Shown: one piece after another, positions 50,970 through 61,383 of the stretch
Layout of the letters: the number at the start of each line of letters is the position of its first letter
Position numbering within the stretch: position 1 is the first letter of the stretch
DNA from: Alphaproteobacteria bacterium
Lineage (GTDB): Bacteria > Pseudomonadota > Alphaproteobacteria > UBA828
Direction: 5' to 3'
DNA length: 64,000 nt
Assembly: GCA_965214705.1 (NCBI GenBank)
Contig: OZ243972.1
Location: forward strand, 2,304,001 to 2,368,000
Made by a program: the position numbers and the translations under genes
Notes under the pieces: model-generated
Database searches by the model: none
Told to the model about the DNA's origin: nothing
Seen by the model: only the letters and a program-made list of their open reading frames with translations

Positions 50970-53120
50970 TCAGTGGCGCGCGCGCTCCCGCTCGACGCTG
51001 CTCACCGACGTCACCGCCCGCAGGGCAGCCACGATGTTGCCGAGGTGTCTCGCGTCCTTGACCTCGATATCGACCAGCATCTCGAAGAAATCGAGCGAGC
51101 GATTGGTGATCTTGAGGTTGCTGATGTTGCCATTGTTCTTGGCGATGGCCGTGGTCAGCTTGCTGAGGCTGCCGGTCTCGTTGGCGACCACTAGGTTGAG
51201 GCGGCCGACGTGGACGCCCTTCTCGTCCGCGTCCGCCTCCCAGGCAAGGTCGAGCCAGCGTTCGGGCGTGTCGCTGAAGCTCTCCAGCGTGTCGCAGTCG
51301 ATGGTGTGGATCGTCACGCCCTTGCCGGTGGTGACGATGCCGACGATGCGCTCGCCGGGCAGCGGATTGCAGCATTCGGCGAGGTGCACGGCCATGCCCG
51401 GAATCAGCCCGCGCACGGGAATGCCACTGTCGCCGGCCTTGGTTCCGCGCCGGCCGCGCGCGACCGAGAGCGCACGGCGGGCGATGCCTTGGAGCCTGCG
51501 GGCGGGGAAGAGCGCGTCCTCCACCTCGCCGCTGGTGAGGTCACCGCGACCGAGAGCCGCCAACAGGTCGCCCACAGAACGCTGCTTGAGCTGCGAGAGC
51601 GCGTCCTCCAGCAGCTTCTCGGAATAGTCCGCGCCGGCCTCTCGACAGAGTTTCTCGGCGACGGCCCGGCCGAGGGTGATGAACTGCTCCCGCTCCTTGA
51701 GCCGGGTGAAGCGGCGGATGCAGGTTCGCGCCTTGCCAGTCACGACAAAGCTTTCCCAGTCGGGCTGCGGTTGTGGCACGCTGGAGCGCAGAATCTCCAC
51801 CTGATCGCCGTTCTCCAACTGGGTCCAGAGCGGCACCATGCGCCCGTTGACCTTGGCGCCGACCGTGGTGTCGCCCACATCGGTGTGCACCGCGTAGGCA
51901 AAATCGACCGGCGTCGCTCCACGCGGGAGCGTGATCAGCGCTCCCCGGGGCGAGAAGCAGAACACCTCGTCCCGAAACATCTCGAGCTTGGCGTGCTCAA
52001 GCAGCTCCTCCGGCCCCGAGGCCTTGTCGAGGATCTCGAGCAGGGGGCGAAGCCAGCGCTGTTGACGGTCGTCGTGAACGTCCCCCGCTTGCTTGAACAG
52101 CCAATGGGCGGCGACGCCGTACTCGGCCTCCTCGTGCATGTCGCGGGTGCGGATCTGGATCTCGATGCGCCGCTGCTCGGGACCGAGCACCGCGGTGTGG
52201 AGCGAGCGGTAGCCGTTGGGCTTGGGCGTCGAGATGTAGTCCTTGAAGCGGCCCGGCACCATCGGATAGGCGCGATGCACGATGCCGAGCGCCCGGTAGC
52301 AATCCTCCTCGTCTTCGGTGACGACGCGAAAGCCCACGATGTCGGTGAGCTGCTCGAAGGCGAGCTTCTTGCGCTGCATCTTTTGCCAGATGGAGTAGGG
52401 CCGCTTCTCACGGCCCGTGACGGTCGCCCGCAGTCGCTTGCTTCGGAGCGTCTCGGTGAGGGATTCGGTGACCCGCTCCACCATGCCGCCGGCCTGGTCG
52501 CGGAGCGCCTTGAGCCGTGTCTCCATGGTGTGGAAGCCGTCGGAGTTGAGCTCCTTGAAGGCGAGATCTTCCAGCTCCGCCTTGAAGGCCTGGAGCCCGA
52601 TCCGTTCCGCGAGCGGCGCGTAGATCTCCATGGTCTCCCTGGCGATCCGCTGCCGCTTCTTGTCGCTTGGCACATAGTGCAGCGTGCGCATGTTGTGGAG
52701 GCGATCGGCGAGCTTGACCAGGAGAACGCGGATGTCCTCCGAGAGCGCGAGCAGGAACTTGCGCAAGTTCTCGGCCTGATGCGCCTGGTCCGACTGTAGA
52801 TCCAGCCGGCTCAGCTTGGTCACGCCGTCGACGAGCCGGGCGGTCTCCTCGCCGAAGAGGTCGCTGATTTCCTCGATGGTGGCGACCGTGTCCTCCACGG
52901 TGTCGTGGAGCAGGGCGGTCGCGATCGATGTGCTGTCCAGCTTGAGCTGCGTCAGGATGCCGGCGACCTCGATCGGATGGGCGAAATAGGGGTCGCCGCT
53001 GGCGCGGGTCTGCGTCCCGTGCGCCTTCATGGAAAAGACGTAGGCGCGATTCAGCAGAGCTTCGTCCGCGGAGGGCTCGTAGCTCTTGACGCGTTCGACG
53101 AGTTCGTATTGCCGGATCAC
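50970..53120 (-). CDS. spoT: Bifunctional (p)ppGpp synthetase/hydrolase (RelA/SpoT homolog)
   Basis: [44 protein letters not shown] and ACT domains. Confidence 0.96.
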   Translation of the reverse strand: MIRQYELVERVKSYEPSADEALLNRAYVFSMKAHGTQTRASGDPYFAHPIEVAGILTQLKLDSTSIATALLHDTVEDTVATIEEISDLFGEETARLVDGVTKLSRLDLQSDQAHQAENLRKFLLALSEDIRVLLVKLADRLHNMRTLHYVPSDKKRQRIARETMEIYAPLAERIGLQAFKAELEDLAFKELNSDGFHTMETRLKALRDQAGGMVERVTESLTETLRSKRLRATVTGREKRPYSIWQKMQRKKLAFEQLTDIVGFRVVTEDEEDCYRALGIVHRAYPMVPGRFKDYISTPKPNGYRSLHTAVLGPEQRRIEIQIRTRDMHEEAEYGVAAHWLFKQAGDVHDDRQQRWLRPLLEILDKASGPEELLEHAKLEMFRDEVFCFSPRGALITLPRGATPVDFAYAVHTDVGDTTVGAKVNGRMVPLWTQLENGDQVEILRSSVPQPQPDWESFVVTGKARTCIRRFTRLKEREQFITLGRAVAEKLCREAGADYSEKLLEDALSQLKQRSVGDLLAALGRGDLTSGEVEDALFPARRLQGIARRALSVARGRRGTKAGDSGIPVRGLIPGMAVHLAECCNPLPGERIVGIVTTGKGVTIHTIDCDTLESFSDTPERWLDLAWEADADEKGVHVGRLNLVVANETGSLSKLTTAIAKNNGNISNLKITNRSLDFFEMLVDIEVKDARHLGNIVAALRAVTSVSSVERERARH

Positions 53121-53205
53121 GTCCGCTGACGCGCCAGGCCGGCGCCGGCGGAAATCCTCAGTGAGGGCGGCGACCCTGCCGCGCCCGATGCGCCGCCGGC
53201 CGGCG

Positions 53206-53607
53206 CTACTCCTCCAGTTCCGCCGCCGTTTCTGCCTCGACCGCCGGCTCTTCTGCCGGCTCGTCCTCGCCGTCGGGCGCTCCGGCCTCCTCCTCGACGG
53301 GCGCGGACTGGCCGGTTACGCCGGCCCAGGCAGCCTCGGCCGCCAGCACCGCCATGGCATCCTCGTCCGGCTCGTCGATCTCGGTGTCTACCTCGCGCCC
53401 GTGCTCCAGCTCGTGGCGGAGCGTCTCGAGATCGATCGTCTCGTCGGCGATTTCGCGGAGCGCGATGACGGCGTTCTTGTCGTTGTCCTTCTCGACCGTG
53501 AGCTCCGCGCCGGAACGGATGTCGCGGGCGCGCTGCGCGGCGAGCAGCACCAGCTCGAACCGGTTCGGCACCAGGCCAACGCAGTCTTCGACCGTCACGC
53601 GTGCCAT
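53206..53607 (-). CDS. rpoZ: RNA polymerase omega subunit
   Basis: MARVTVEDC...[14 protein letters not shown]...[13 protein letters not shown]. Confidence 0.96.
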   Translation of the reverse strand: MARVTVEDCVGLVPNRFELVLLAAQRARDIRSGAELTVEKDNDKNAVIALREIADETIDLETLRHELEHGREVDTEIDEPDEDAMAVLAAEAAWAGVTGQSAPVEEEAGAPDGEDEPAEEPAVEAETAAELEE

Positions 53608-53712
53608 AGGTCGCACTCCTCATGTGAGCCGAACCTGCTCCGGCTCGGCGGCGCGTCACCGTATCCGCAGGGCCTGCCGGATGCAAGCATCACCGCCATT
53701 TGTGGCGCGCGG

Positions 53713-54423
53713 TCACGTGGCGAGCAAGCGAAACAAGCGTTCGGCGTCCGCAGCGTCCCGGGCGACGCGGGCGCAGCGGGCGGCGAGCTCCGCGTCATCG
53801 CCCCAGCGCTCGAGTTGGTAGCGCTCATCGACCAGAGACGCATCGGCGGCGGCCTCAGCATCGAGCCGGCCCTCGCGCATGGCGAGCGCAATCACCAGTG
53901 AGCCGAAGCTCCGGGTCACAAGGCTGAGCCCGGCGAGGGTGAAGTCGTCCTCGCCCGCCACTGCGTTGCGCAGGGCTTCGAGCGCCTCCGGCGCCTGGGC
54001 AATTGGGGTGATCGCACTCGTCACCGCAAGGCGGGCGCCGTAACGCGCGACCGACCACGTCACCAAGGGCTCCCAAGCGGCGGCCTGGCGGCGGGCGAGC
54101 GCTGGCGGCGCGTCGGTCCGATAGCAGACCAGATCGGTCTCGGCGTAGGCCGCGATCTCGGCCACGATGTCGGCCCGCCGCTCCGGCACCAGGTCGAGCG
54201 CGGTGCAGACGAGGCGGGTGAGCGGCATGGTCTCGCGGTCGATGGTCTCACCCTGCGCCGCCCATTCCCCGGCGACGGCAGTCGCGAGCGCTGCGCCCGA
54301 TACCGCGAGCGGCCGGCCGGCCGGGGTGCGCACGGGCTTGCCGTCGAGCGCGATGCCGTGCCCGCCGTCGGCCTCCACTGCCTCCGCCGTCTTGTAGAAG
54401 CGCTTCGGCTTGGCGGCGTTCAC
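53713..54423 (-). CDS. ATP12 family chaperone
   Basis: KRFYK, LDGKPVRTP, EWAAQ, TDLVCYR, YQLERWGDD. Confidence 0.9.
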   Translation of the reverse strand: MNAAKPKRFYKTAEAVEADGGHGIALDGKPVRTPAGRPLAVSGAALATAVAGEWAAQGETIDRETMPLTRLVCTALDLVPERRADIVAEIAAYAETDLVCYRTDAPPALARRQAAAWEPLVTWSVARYGARLAVTSAITPIAQAPEALEALRNAVAGEDDFTLAGLSLVTRSFGSLVIALAMREGRLDAEAAADASLVDERYQLERWGDDAELAARCARVARDAADAERLFRLLAT

Positions 54424-55412
54424 GGCGCGTCCTCGAAGGGCGCGAAGTCGTCGCCGGCGGGCGCCGGATCGAAGCCGAGAAAGCGCCACGCGGCGGCCAT
54501 GTGCGGCGGCAGTGGCGCGGTGAGGACCAGCGGCACCCCACGCTTGCGCGGCAGTTCGAGCGCGCGGGCGTGGAGGTGCAGGCGCGGCTCGAACCCGGCC
54601 GGGAACGCCGCCTCGCCGCCGTACTTGCCGTCGCCCACGACGGGATGGCCGAAGACCGAGGCGGTGTGCGCCCGTAGCTGGTGGGTGCGGCCCGTGCGCG
54701 GCATGAGCGCGAGCCAGGAGAGGCGGCGGCCGGCCGCCTCGATTAGCGCGTAGTCCGTGATCGCGCGCTGACCGCCTTCGGCGGTCGCGACCACCCGCTC
54801 GCCATCGCCCACCTGACGCTTGGCGAGCGGCGCGTCGATCCGCCCCTGCGCCGGCTTCGGCACGCCGACGACCAGCGCCCAGTAGAGCTTGCGCAGGCTG
54901 CGCGAGCGGAACAGCTTGGTCAGGTCGCGGGCCGCAGCGGCGTGGCGGGCGAGCAGCAGGACGCCGCTGGTGTCGCGGTCAAGCCGGTGGACCAGGCGGG
55001 GCGCCTCGGCCGCGTCGAAGCGGAGCGCGCCGAGCAGCCCGTCGAGGTGGCGGGCGACCCGGCTGCCGCCCTGCACCGGCAGGCCGGGCGGCTTGTTGAG
55101 CGCGATCATGTCGGCATCGCGGTAGATGACCGCCGCCCGCATCATGGCGGCGTCTTCGTCGGCCAGCGGCGGCGCGGAGCGGCGCGGCGCCCGGCCCTCG
55201 TCCCGATCGGGCAGGGGCGGCACGCGCACCCGGTCGCCGGGCGCAAGCCGTGTGCCGGCGCGGGCGCGCTTGCCATTGACGCGGATCTGGCCGGTGCGCA
55301 GCAGCTTCTCCAGCCGGCCGTGGCCGAGCGCGGGGTAGTGCCGCTTGAACCAGCGGTCGAGCCGCTGGTCGCCGTCCTCCGGCGCGATCTCCAGGGTGGC
55401 GATGCCGCCCAC
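54420..55412 (-). CDS. rluC: RluA-family pseudouridine synthase with S4 domain (RluC-like)
   Basis: RLDRWF, NKPPGLPVQGG, HRLDRDTSG, TGRTHQLR, LHLHA. Confidence 0.88.
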   Translation of the reverse strand: MGGIATLEIAPEDGDQRLDRWFKRHYPALGHGRLEKLLRTGQIRVNGKRARAGTRLAPGDRVRVPPLPDRDEGRAPRRSAPPLADEDAAMMRAAVIYRDADMIALNKPPGLPVQGGSRVARHLDGLLGALRFDAAEAPRLVHRLDRDTSGVLLLARHAAAARDLTKLFRSRSLRKLYWALVVGVPKPAQGRIDAPLAKRQVGDGERVVATAEGGQRAITDYALIEAAGRRLSWLALMPRTGRTHQLRAHTASVFGHPVVGDGKYGGEAAFPAGFEPRLHLHARALELPRKRGVPLVLTAPLPPHMAAAWRFLGFDPAPAGDDFAPFEDAP

Positions 55413-55414
55413 AG

Positions 55415-55804
55415 TCAGAGCACCGCGCGGATCAGGCGTAGCCCGCAGTAGAACCCGCCGACCGAAAGCACGACCGAGAGCACGATGTAGAGCAGCGCCC
55501 GGCCGACCTCGCCCCGCTCCAGCAACGCGATGCTGTCCGCCGAGAAGGCGGAGAAGGTGGTGAAGCCGCCGAGCAGGCCCACGAAGAGGAAGCGCTGCAC
55601 CACCTCGCCCGCGTCGAAGGCAACCGCGAGCCCGTGCACCAGCGCGCCCAGGATGAACGAGCCCACGACGTTCACCGTCAGCGTGCCGTAAGGGAAGCCC
55701 CCGCCGATCAGCGACGCGAGCCAGCGCTCGGCCGCGCCCATGACGTAGTAGCGCCCGACCGAGCCCAGTGCGCCGCCCAGCGCGATGGCGAGCGCGACCT
55801 TCAC
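55415..55804 (-). CDS. crcB: Fluoride channel Fluc/CrcB
   Basis: GGALGS..RY, FPYGTL.VN..GS, GLLGGFTTFSAF. Confidence 0.95.
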   Translation of the reverse strand: MKVALAIALGGALGSVGRYYVMGAAERWLASLIGGGFPYGTLTVNVVGSFILGALVHGLAVAFDAGEVVQRFLFVGLLGGFTTFSAFSADSIALLERGEVGRALLYIVLSVVLSVGGFYCGLRLIRAVL

Positions 55805-57123
55805 GCTTCGTCCTCCGGCCCGGCGTCGCCGCCTTCGCGCAGCTTCTGCCAGTAGGCGAGGCGCTTTCGCACCTCCCGCTCGAAGCCTCGCTCGCGCGGC
55901 GCGTAGAAGCTCTGCCGCGGTAGCCCCTCGGGAAAGTAGTCCTGGCCCGAGAAGCCTTCCTCGGTGTCGTGGTCGTAGACGTAGCCCTTGCTGTAGCCGA
56001 GATCCTTCATCAGCCGCGTCGGCGCGTTGAGGATGTGCTTGGGCGGCATCAGCGAGCCGGTCTCGCGCGCAACTTGCATCGCCCGCCCAAGCGCGCGGTA
56101 GCTCGCGTTCGATTTCGCGGCGGTGCCGAGATAGATCACGGTCTGGGCGATGGCGAGCTCGCCTTCTGGCGAGCCCAGCCGCTCGTATGCCTCCCAGCCG
56201 GCGAGCGCCTGCGGCAGCGCGTCCGGGTCGGCGAGCCCCACGTCCTCGACCGCGAAGCGCACCAGGCGCCGCGCGATGTAGCGCGGGTCCTCGCCGCCGG
56301 CGAGCATGCGCGCGAGCCAGTAGAGCGCCGCGTCCGTGTCCGAGCCGCGCAGCGACTTGTGCAGCGCCGAGATCAGGTTGTAGTGGCCCTCCTGCGACTT
56401 GTCGTAGAGGGGCGCGCGGCGCTGCACGGTCTCCATCAGCTGCGGCACGTCGAGCGGCGCGGTGGCGCCCGCCGCGAACAGCGCCTCGGCCATGTTGATG
56501 AGCGCGCGGCCGTCGCCGTCGGCCATGGCGCGCAGCATGGGACGGGCGTCGGGCTCGAGCGGGAGCGTGCGGCCCTCGGCCTCCTCGCAGCGGATGAGCA
56601 GCGTCTCCAGCGCGCTGTCGTCCAGCCGGTTGAGCACCAGCACCGCGCAGCGCGAGAGCAGGGCACCGTTGAGCTCGAACGAAGGGTTCTCGGTGGTGGC
56701 GCCGACGAGAACCACGGTTCCGTCCTCGACCACGGGCAGGAACGCGTCCTGCTGCGCCCGGTTGAAGCGATGAATCTCGTCGACGAAGAGCAGGGTGCCG
56801 GTGCCGCCGGCGCGGTGTTCGCGCGCATCGGCGAACACCTTGCGCAGCTCGGTGACGCCGGAGAAGACCGCGCTCAGCGGCGCGAACAGCATGTCCGTGT
56901 GATCGGCGAGCAAGCGCGCGATGGTGGTCTTGCCGCAGCCAGGCGGCCCCCAGAGGACGGTCGACGCCAGCGCGCCGCTCGCCACCATCCGCCCCAGCGG
57001 GCCGTCGGGGCGAAGCAGATGGTCCTGCCCCACCACCTCGTCGAGCGTGACCGGCCGCAGTCGGTCGGCCAGCGGCCTCGGCGCTGCGTCCTCGAACAGA
57101 CTCGGCGCATCCTGGGGTGTCAT
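55801..57123 (-). CDS. rarA: Replication-associated recombination protein A
   Basis: PLADRLRP, WGPPGCGKTT, DEIHRFN, ATTENPSF, ISALHKS.RGSD. Confidence 0.95.
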   Translation of the reverse strand: MTPQDAPSLFEDAAPRPLADRLRPVTLDEVVGQDHLLRPDGPLGRMVASGALASTVLWGPPGCGKTTIARLLADHTDMLFAPLSAVFSGVTELRKVFADAREHRAGGTGTLLFVDEIHRFNRAQQDAFLPVVEDGTVVLVGATTENPSFELNGALLSRCAVLVLNRLDDSALETLLIRCEEAEGRTLPLEPDARPMLRAMADGDGRALINMAEALFAAGATAPLDVPQLMETVQRRAPLYDKSQEGHYNLISALHKSLRGSDTDAALYWLARMLAGGEDPRYIARRLVRFAVEDVGLADPDALPQALAGWEAYERLGSPEGELAIAQTVIYLGTAAKSNASYRALGRAMQVARETGSLMPPKHILNAPTRLMKDLGYSKGYVYDHDTEEGFSGQDYFPEGLPRQSFYAPRERGFEREVRKRLAYWQKLREGGDAGPEDEA

Positions 57124-57181
57124 GGCGCGAGTCTACGCGCTCCGCCGGCGCGGCGCAGCCGACCTCAGTACCGGGAGGCGC

Positions 57182-57814
57182 TCAGTCCGGCGGCAGGTTG
57201 ACGGCGGCCACGCGCCAGGCCTGGCCCCTGGCGGGCCCGTCCACGTGGTCGATCCGGGTGATCGAGAGATTGTCGATGCTGAAGGCGAGCGCGCGCTCCG
57301 CATCGAGGCCGAGCGCGAGCGCCAAGGCGGCTCGGATCGAGCCGCCGTGGGCCACGGCCACGATGTCCCGGCCGGCGTGCTGCGTCGTACTGCGCTCGAC
57401 CGCGGCGGTGACGCGCTCGACAACCTGGACGAAGCTCTCGCCCTCCGGCGGCGTGATGTGCGCAGGCGCGACCCAGTACTTGTGGGCGAGGCCGCTGCCC
57501 CGCTCGGAGGCGACCTCGCTCCAGGTGAGGCCATGCCAGGCGCCGAAATCCTGCTCGTCCAGGTCCGCCTCGATGACCCGCTCCGGCACCGCGTGGCCGG
57601 CCTCGGCAATCGCATCGGCGGTCTGGTGGGTGCGCAGCAGGTTGCTGGTGAGCCACACGGCATCCTGCGGCAGCGCGCGGGCCAGCCCTTCGAAACGCGG
57701 CCGCTCGCTGGTGTTCGCGGGCACGTTGGTGCGGCCGTAGAGCCGGCCGCCGTGGTCGGTGACGGGTGCGTGGCGCACCCACCACCACCGGGTCACAGTT
57801 GTCGAGGTGGTCAT
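57182..57814 (-). CDS. Histidine phosphatase family protein (probable alpha-ribazole-phosphate phosphatase)
   Basis: VRHAP, EQDFGAW, PEGES, AHGG; coupled to cobS. Confidence 0.8.
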   Translation of the reverse strand: MTTSTTVTRWWWVRHAPVTDHGGRLYGRTNVPANTSERPRFEGLARALPQDAVWLTSNLLRTHQTADAIAEAGHAVPERVIEADLDEQDFGAWHGLTWSEVASERGSGLAHKYWVAPAHITPPEGESFVQVVERVTAAVERSTTQHAGRDIVAVAHGGSIRAALALALGLDAERALAFSIDNLSITRIDHVDGPARGQAWRVAAVNLPPD

Positions 57815-58617
57815 CGAACCGCCGCAAGCGTGAGTAGGAACAGGACTTCGGAGAACTGCTGGACGCCGCCCAGAACGTCCCCAGTGTGGCCGCCGACCTG
57901 TCGTTCCGCAAGCCAGGCGACTGCGGCGGTGCCGATTCCCGCGATGAGGAAGGCGACCAGCCCGCTCCAGGTCAGCAGGCCCACGGCGAGCACCGCCGCG
58001 AGCGCCAGCCCGGTCCACACGTGGGTCGACGGCGGGCGGCCGGCATCGGCGGCGAGGCCGTCGTCCCGTGCCGGGTCCAGCCAGAGCATCACCGCCGGCA
58101 TCGCCGCGCGCGAGACTCCGGCAGCGGCGACCATGGCGGCGATCACCAGGCCGGTCCCGCCAAGGTCGGCGATGGCGCCCACCTTGGCCGCCAGCACCAC
58201 CACCAGCACGATCACGCCGTAGGCGCCGATGCGGCTGTCCCGCATGATCGCGAGCTTGCGCTCCCGCGTGCTGCCGCCGCCGAAGCCGTCCGCCATGTCG
58301 GCGAGGCCGTCCTCGTGCAGCGCGCCGGTGATCAGCGCGCCGGCGCCCACGGCGAGCACCGCCGCCACAATGTCGGGCAGGCCGATTCCTGCGGCGATCG
58401 CATAGACGATCCCCGCGACGAGCCCGATCAGCGCGCCCACGATGGGGAAGGCGCGAACGGCGCGCCCGAGGGACGGTGCATCGCCCTCGGGCCGCGCCGC
58501 CCTCAGCGGCACCCGCGTGAGGAAGAGCATGGCGGCGCGAAGGTCGCTCCGCCAGAGCCGCACCGCGCGGTACGCCTTCTGTTGGAGGGGAGCCTCGTCG
58601 CCGTCGTCGTAACGCAT
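57811..58617 (-). CDS. cobS: Adenosylcobinamide-GDP ribazoletransferase
   Basis: FLTRVP, TGALHEDGLADMADG, IMRDSRIGAYG, GGHTGDVLG. Confidence 0.93.
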   Translation of the reverse strand: MRYDDGDEAPLQQKAYRAVRLWRSDLRAAMLFLTRVPLRAARPEGDAPSLGRAVRAFPIVGALIGLVAGIVYAIAAGIGLPDIVAAVLAVGAGALITGALHEDGLADMADGFGGGSTRERKLAIMRDSRIGAYGVIVLVVVLAAKVGAIADLGGTGLVIAAMVAAAGVSRAAMPAVMLWLDPARDDGLAADAGRPPSTHVWTGLALAAVLAVGLLTWSGLVAFLIAGIGTAAVAWLAERQVGGHTGDVLGGVQQFSEVLFLLTLAAVR

Positions 58618-58737
58618 CTGCCTCTTGCCCGGGCTGCCCCGGCCCGGCATCCTCCCCCGGCCTTATAGGCTAGCGCGCTGTTGCCGCCAAGAAACCCCAC
58701 GTTTTCCCCCTTGCGGCAACCGGCCTGCGGAACCGCC

Positions 58738-59766
58738 ATGCCCGATGACGTCCAGCTCGGTTCGTTGACCGCCTTCCGGGCGCGTGTGCGCGCCATGCCG
58801 GGGCCGGACGAGGCGGCGGCCGAGCGGGCACGGGCGCACGATGCGCAGCTCACCAAGCCGGCCGGCGCCCTCGGCCGGCTCGAAGCCCTCGCCCAATGGG
58901 CCGCCGCGTGGCAGGGGCGCCATCCGCCGCGCGCAGAGCGCATCCAGGTCGTCGTCTTCGCCGGCAATCACGGGGTCGCGGCGCGCGGAGTCTCGGCCTA
59001 TCCCCCGGCGGTCACGGCGCAGATGGTGGCCAACTTCGAGGCGGGCGGAGCCGCGATCAATCAGCTCTGCGACGTGCTGGGTGCAGAATTGACGGTGATG
59101 CCTCTCGACCTCGACCGGCCGACCGACGACATGACGCTAGCGCCGGCGCTCGGCGAGGCAGACTGCGTCGCGGCGTTGGAGGCGGGGATAGCCGCGGTCG
59201 ACGAGGGCGCCGACCTGCTTTGCCTCGGCGAGATGGGGATCGGCAATACCACTGCCGCAGCCGCGCTCGCGGCGGCGCTCTGCGGTGGGGACGGCGCCAC
59301 CTGGGTGGGGCCAGGGACCGGGGTCGATTCCGACGGGCTCGCGTGCAAGGCGGCCGTCGTTGATGCGGCGCTCGCGCGGCACGCCGAAGCACGCCGCGAT
59401 CCGCTGGCCGCGCTCGGCTGCGTCGGTGGGCGGGAGCTTGCGGCGATCGCGGGCGCGGTCGTCCAGGCGCGGCACGCCCGCGTGCCTGTGCTGCTCGACG
59501 GCTTCGCCTGCACCGCGGCGGCAGCGGTCATCGCGAAGCTGCGGGACGACGGTCTCGACCACGCACAGGTCGCCCACCGCTCCGCAGAGCCGGGACATCG
59601 GCATTTGCTGGAGTCTCTGGCGATTGAGCCGTTGCTCGATCTCGGCTTGCGGCTCGGCGAGGCCTCGGGCGCAGCGCTCGCCGCCGCTCTGGTGCGCATG
59701 GCGGTGGCCACGCACAACGGCATGGCGACCTTCGATTCAGCGGGAGTCAGCGGTCCGGCGGAATAA
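58738..59766 (+). CDS. cobT: Nicotinate-nucleotide-dimethylbenzimidazole phosphoribosyltransferase
   Basis: LTKPAGALGRLE, FAGNHGV, GEMGIGNTT, LRLGEASGA. Confidence 0.95.
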   Translation: MPDDVQLGSLTAFRARVRAMPGPDEAAAERARAHDAQLTKPAGALGRLEALAQWAAAWQGRHPPRAERIQVVVFAGNHGVAARGVSAYPPAVTAQMVANFEAGGAAINQLCDVLGAELTVMPLDLDRPTDDMTLAPALGEADCVAALEAGIAAVDEGADLLCLGEMGIGNTTAAAALAAALCGGDGATWVGPGTGVDSDGLACKAAVVDAALARHAEARRDPLAALGCVGGRELAAIAGAVVQARHARVPVLLDGFACTAAAAVIAKLRDDGLDHAQVAHRSAEPGHRHLLESLAIEPLLDLGLRLGEASGAALAAALVRMAVATHNGMATFDSAGVSGPAE

Positions 59767-59769
59767 TGG

Positions 59770-60600
59770 CTATTCGCCAATCTGATGTAGCAGGCCGCGT
59801 ATGCGGGCGCTGCGGAGGAAGGCGAGAAACGTGGCGATGCCGACCGCCATCCAGCCGATGTTGAGCGTGGTCGCCCGCATCATGTGATCGCCGCTGAAGG
59901 TGCCGTCCACCAGGAGCGCACGCATCCCCTCGAAGACATGGGCCGACGGGAGGATGGCGGCCACCGGCTCCAGCCAGTCCGGCAGGATCGAGAGCGGATA
60001 ATAGACGCAACTGAAAGGCGCCAGCGCGAAGATCAGGAACCAGGCCAGGCTCTCGGCGCCCAGGCCGTAGCGCAGCACCAGGCCGCAGACGAAGAAGCCC
60101 ACGGCCCAGCCCATCACGATCAGGTTCACGAAGAAGCCGATCAGCGCGAAACCGAGATCGAAGATCGAGAACGCGTAGAGCACGAAGGCGAGGCCCACCG
60201 CGCCGGTCATCCCGATCAGCGTGCGGATCAGGCTGATCAGCATGAGCGCGCAGATCAGCTCCCACGGCCGCAGCGGACTCACGAAGAGATGGCCCAGATT
60301 GCGCGCCCACATCTCCTCGATGAACACGAGGGAGAGGCCGATCTGGCCGCGGAACATCACGTCCCAGAGGATGACGCCTGCGAGCAGGACGCCTGCGGCC
60401 TGCGCGAACCACGTGCTGTTGGTGACGAGGAACATGGTGACGAGGCCCCAGATGATCATCTGTACCGTGGGCCAGTAGGTGAGCTCCAGCAGGCGCGGCC
60501 AGGAGCGCCGCAGCAGGTAGGTATGGCGCAGCACCATCGCACCGATCCGCTGTGCAGAACCGCTCCAGGGCAGGGCCCGTGCAGCACCGTCCCCCATCAT
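59770..60600 (-). CDS. ABC-2 type exporter permease
   Basis: Multi-TM; EEMWARNL..LFVSPL, YYPLSILPDWL, HVFEGMR. Confidence 0.85.
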   Translation of the reverse strand: MMGDGAARALPWSGSAQRIGAMVLRHTYLLRRSWPRLLELTYWPTVQMIIWGLVTMFLVTNSTWFAQAAGVLLAGVILWDVMFRGQIGLSLVFIEEMWARNLGHLFVSPLRPWELICALMLISLIRTLIGMTGAVGLAFVLYAFSIFDLGFALIGFFVNLIVMGWAVGFFVCGLVLRYGLGAESLAWFLIFALAPFSCVYYPLSILPDWLEPVAAILPSAHVFEGMRALLVDGTFSGDHMMRATTLNIGWMAVGIATFLAFLRSARIRGLLHQIGE

Positions 60601-61349
60601 TGCGCCGCCTCGTCGATGCCGGCGGTGCCGCGCACGATTTCGAGGAAGACCTCCTCCAGCGTGCTGCGGGCGTGGCGCTCGATCATGGCTTCGGGCGGGC
60701 CGCTCTCGACGATGCGACCACCTGCCATCACGAACACGTCGTCGCAGAGCCGCTCGACCTCGGCCATGTTGTGGGAGGCGAGCAGGATGGTGGCGCCGGT
60801 CTCGGCGCGATAGCGCTCGATCACGCCCCGCACCCAGTCGGCCGTGTCGGGGTCGAGCGAGGCGGAGGGCTCGTCAAGCAGCAGCAGCTCCGGATCGTTG
60901 AGCAGCGCCTTGGCGAGCGCGACGCGCGTGCGCTGCCCGGCCGAGAGCTTGCCCGTGGGCCGCTTGAGGAAGTCGCCGAGGTCGAGGGTCTCGGCCATCC
61001 GCTCGATCCGCTGCCGCACGCCGTCAAGGTTGTAGAGCCGGGCGTAGACGGTCAGGTTCTCGCGCACCGTGAGCCGGTGCGGCAGATCCGTGTAGGGCGA
61101 CGAAAAATTCATGCGCGGCAGCAGCGCGTAGCGGTTGGCCGCCAGGTCGTGGCCGAAGATGCGCACCGAGCCTGCGCTCGGCAGCAGCAGACCCAGAACC
61201 ATCGCCAGGGTGGTGGTCTTGCCGGCGCCGTTGGCGCCGAGCAGGGCGGCGGTCGCCCCGCGTCCGACCGCGAAGCTCACCGCATCGACGGCGGTCACCT
61301 TGCCGAAACGCTTGGTGAGGGCCTCGACCTCCAGGACGGGGCCGCTCAT
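60597..61349 (-). CDS. ABC exporter ATP-binding subunit
   Basis: GANGAGKTT, LSAGQ, LLDEPSASLDP, SHNM. Confidence 0.9.
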   Translation of the reverse strand: MSGPVLEVEALTKRFGKVTAVDAVSFAVGRGATAALLGANGAGKTTTLAMVLGLLLPSAGSVRIFGHDLAANRYALLPRMNFSSPYTDLPHRLTVRENLTVYARLYNLDGVRQRIERMAETLDLGDFLKRPTGKLSAGQRTRVALAKALLNDPELLLLDEPSASLDPDTADWVRGVIERYRAETGATILLASHNMAEVERLCDDVFVMAGGRIVESGPPEAMIERHARSTLEEVFLEIVRGTAGIDEAAQ

Positions 61350-61383
61350 CGCGGCCCCCGGTAACGTCCGGTCCGGGTCTCGC

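Noticed and set aside
49531-59766. gltA, rsh-rpoZ, rarA-crcB-rluC-ATP12 and cobS/cobT block
   Set aside because: Ordinary alphaproteobacterial housekeeping content; nothing unexplained seen
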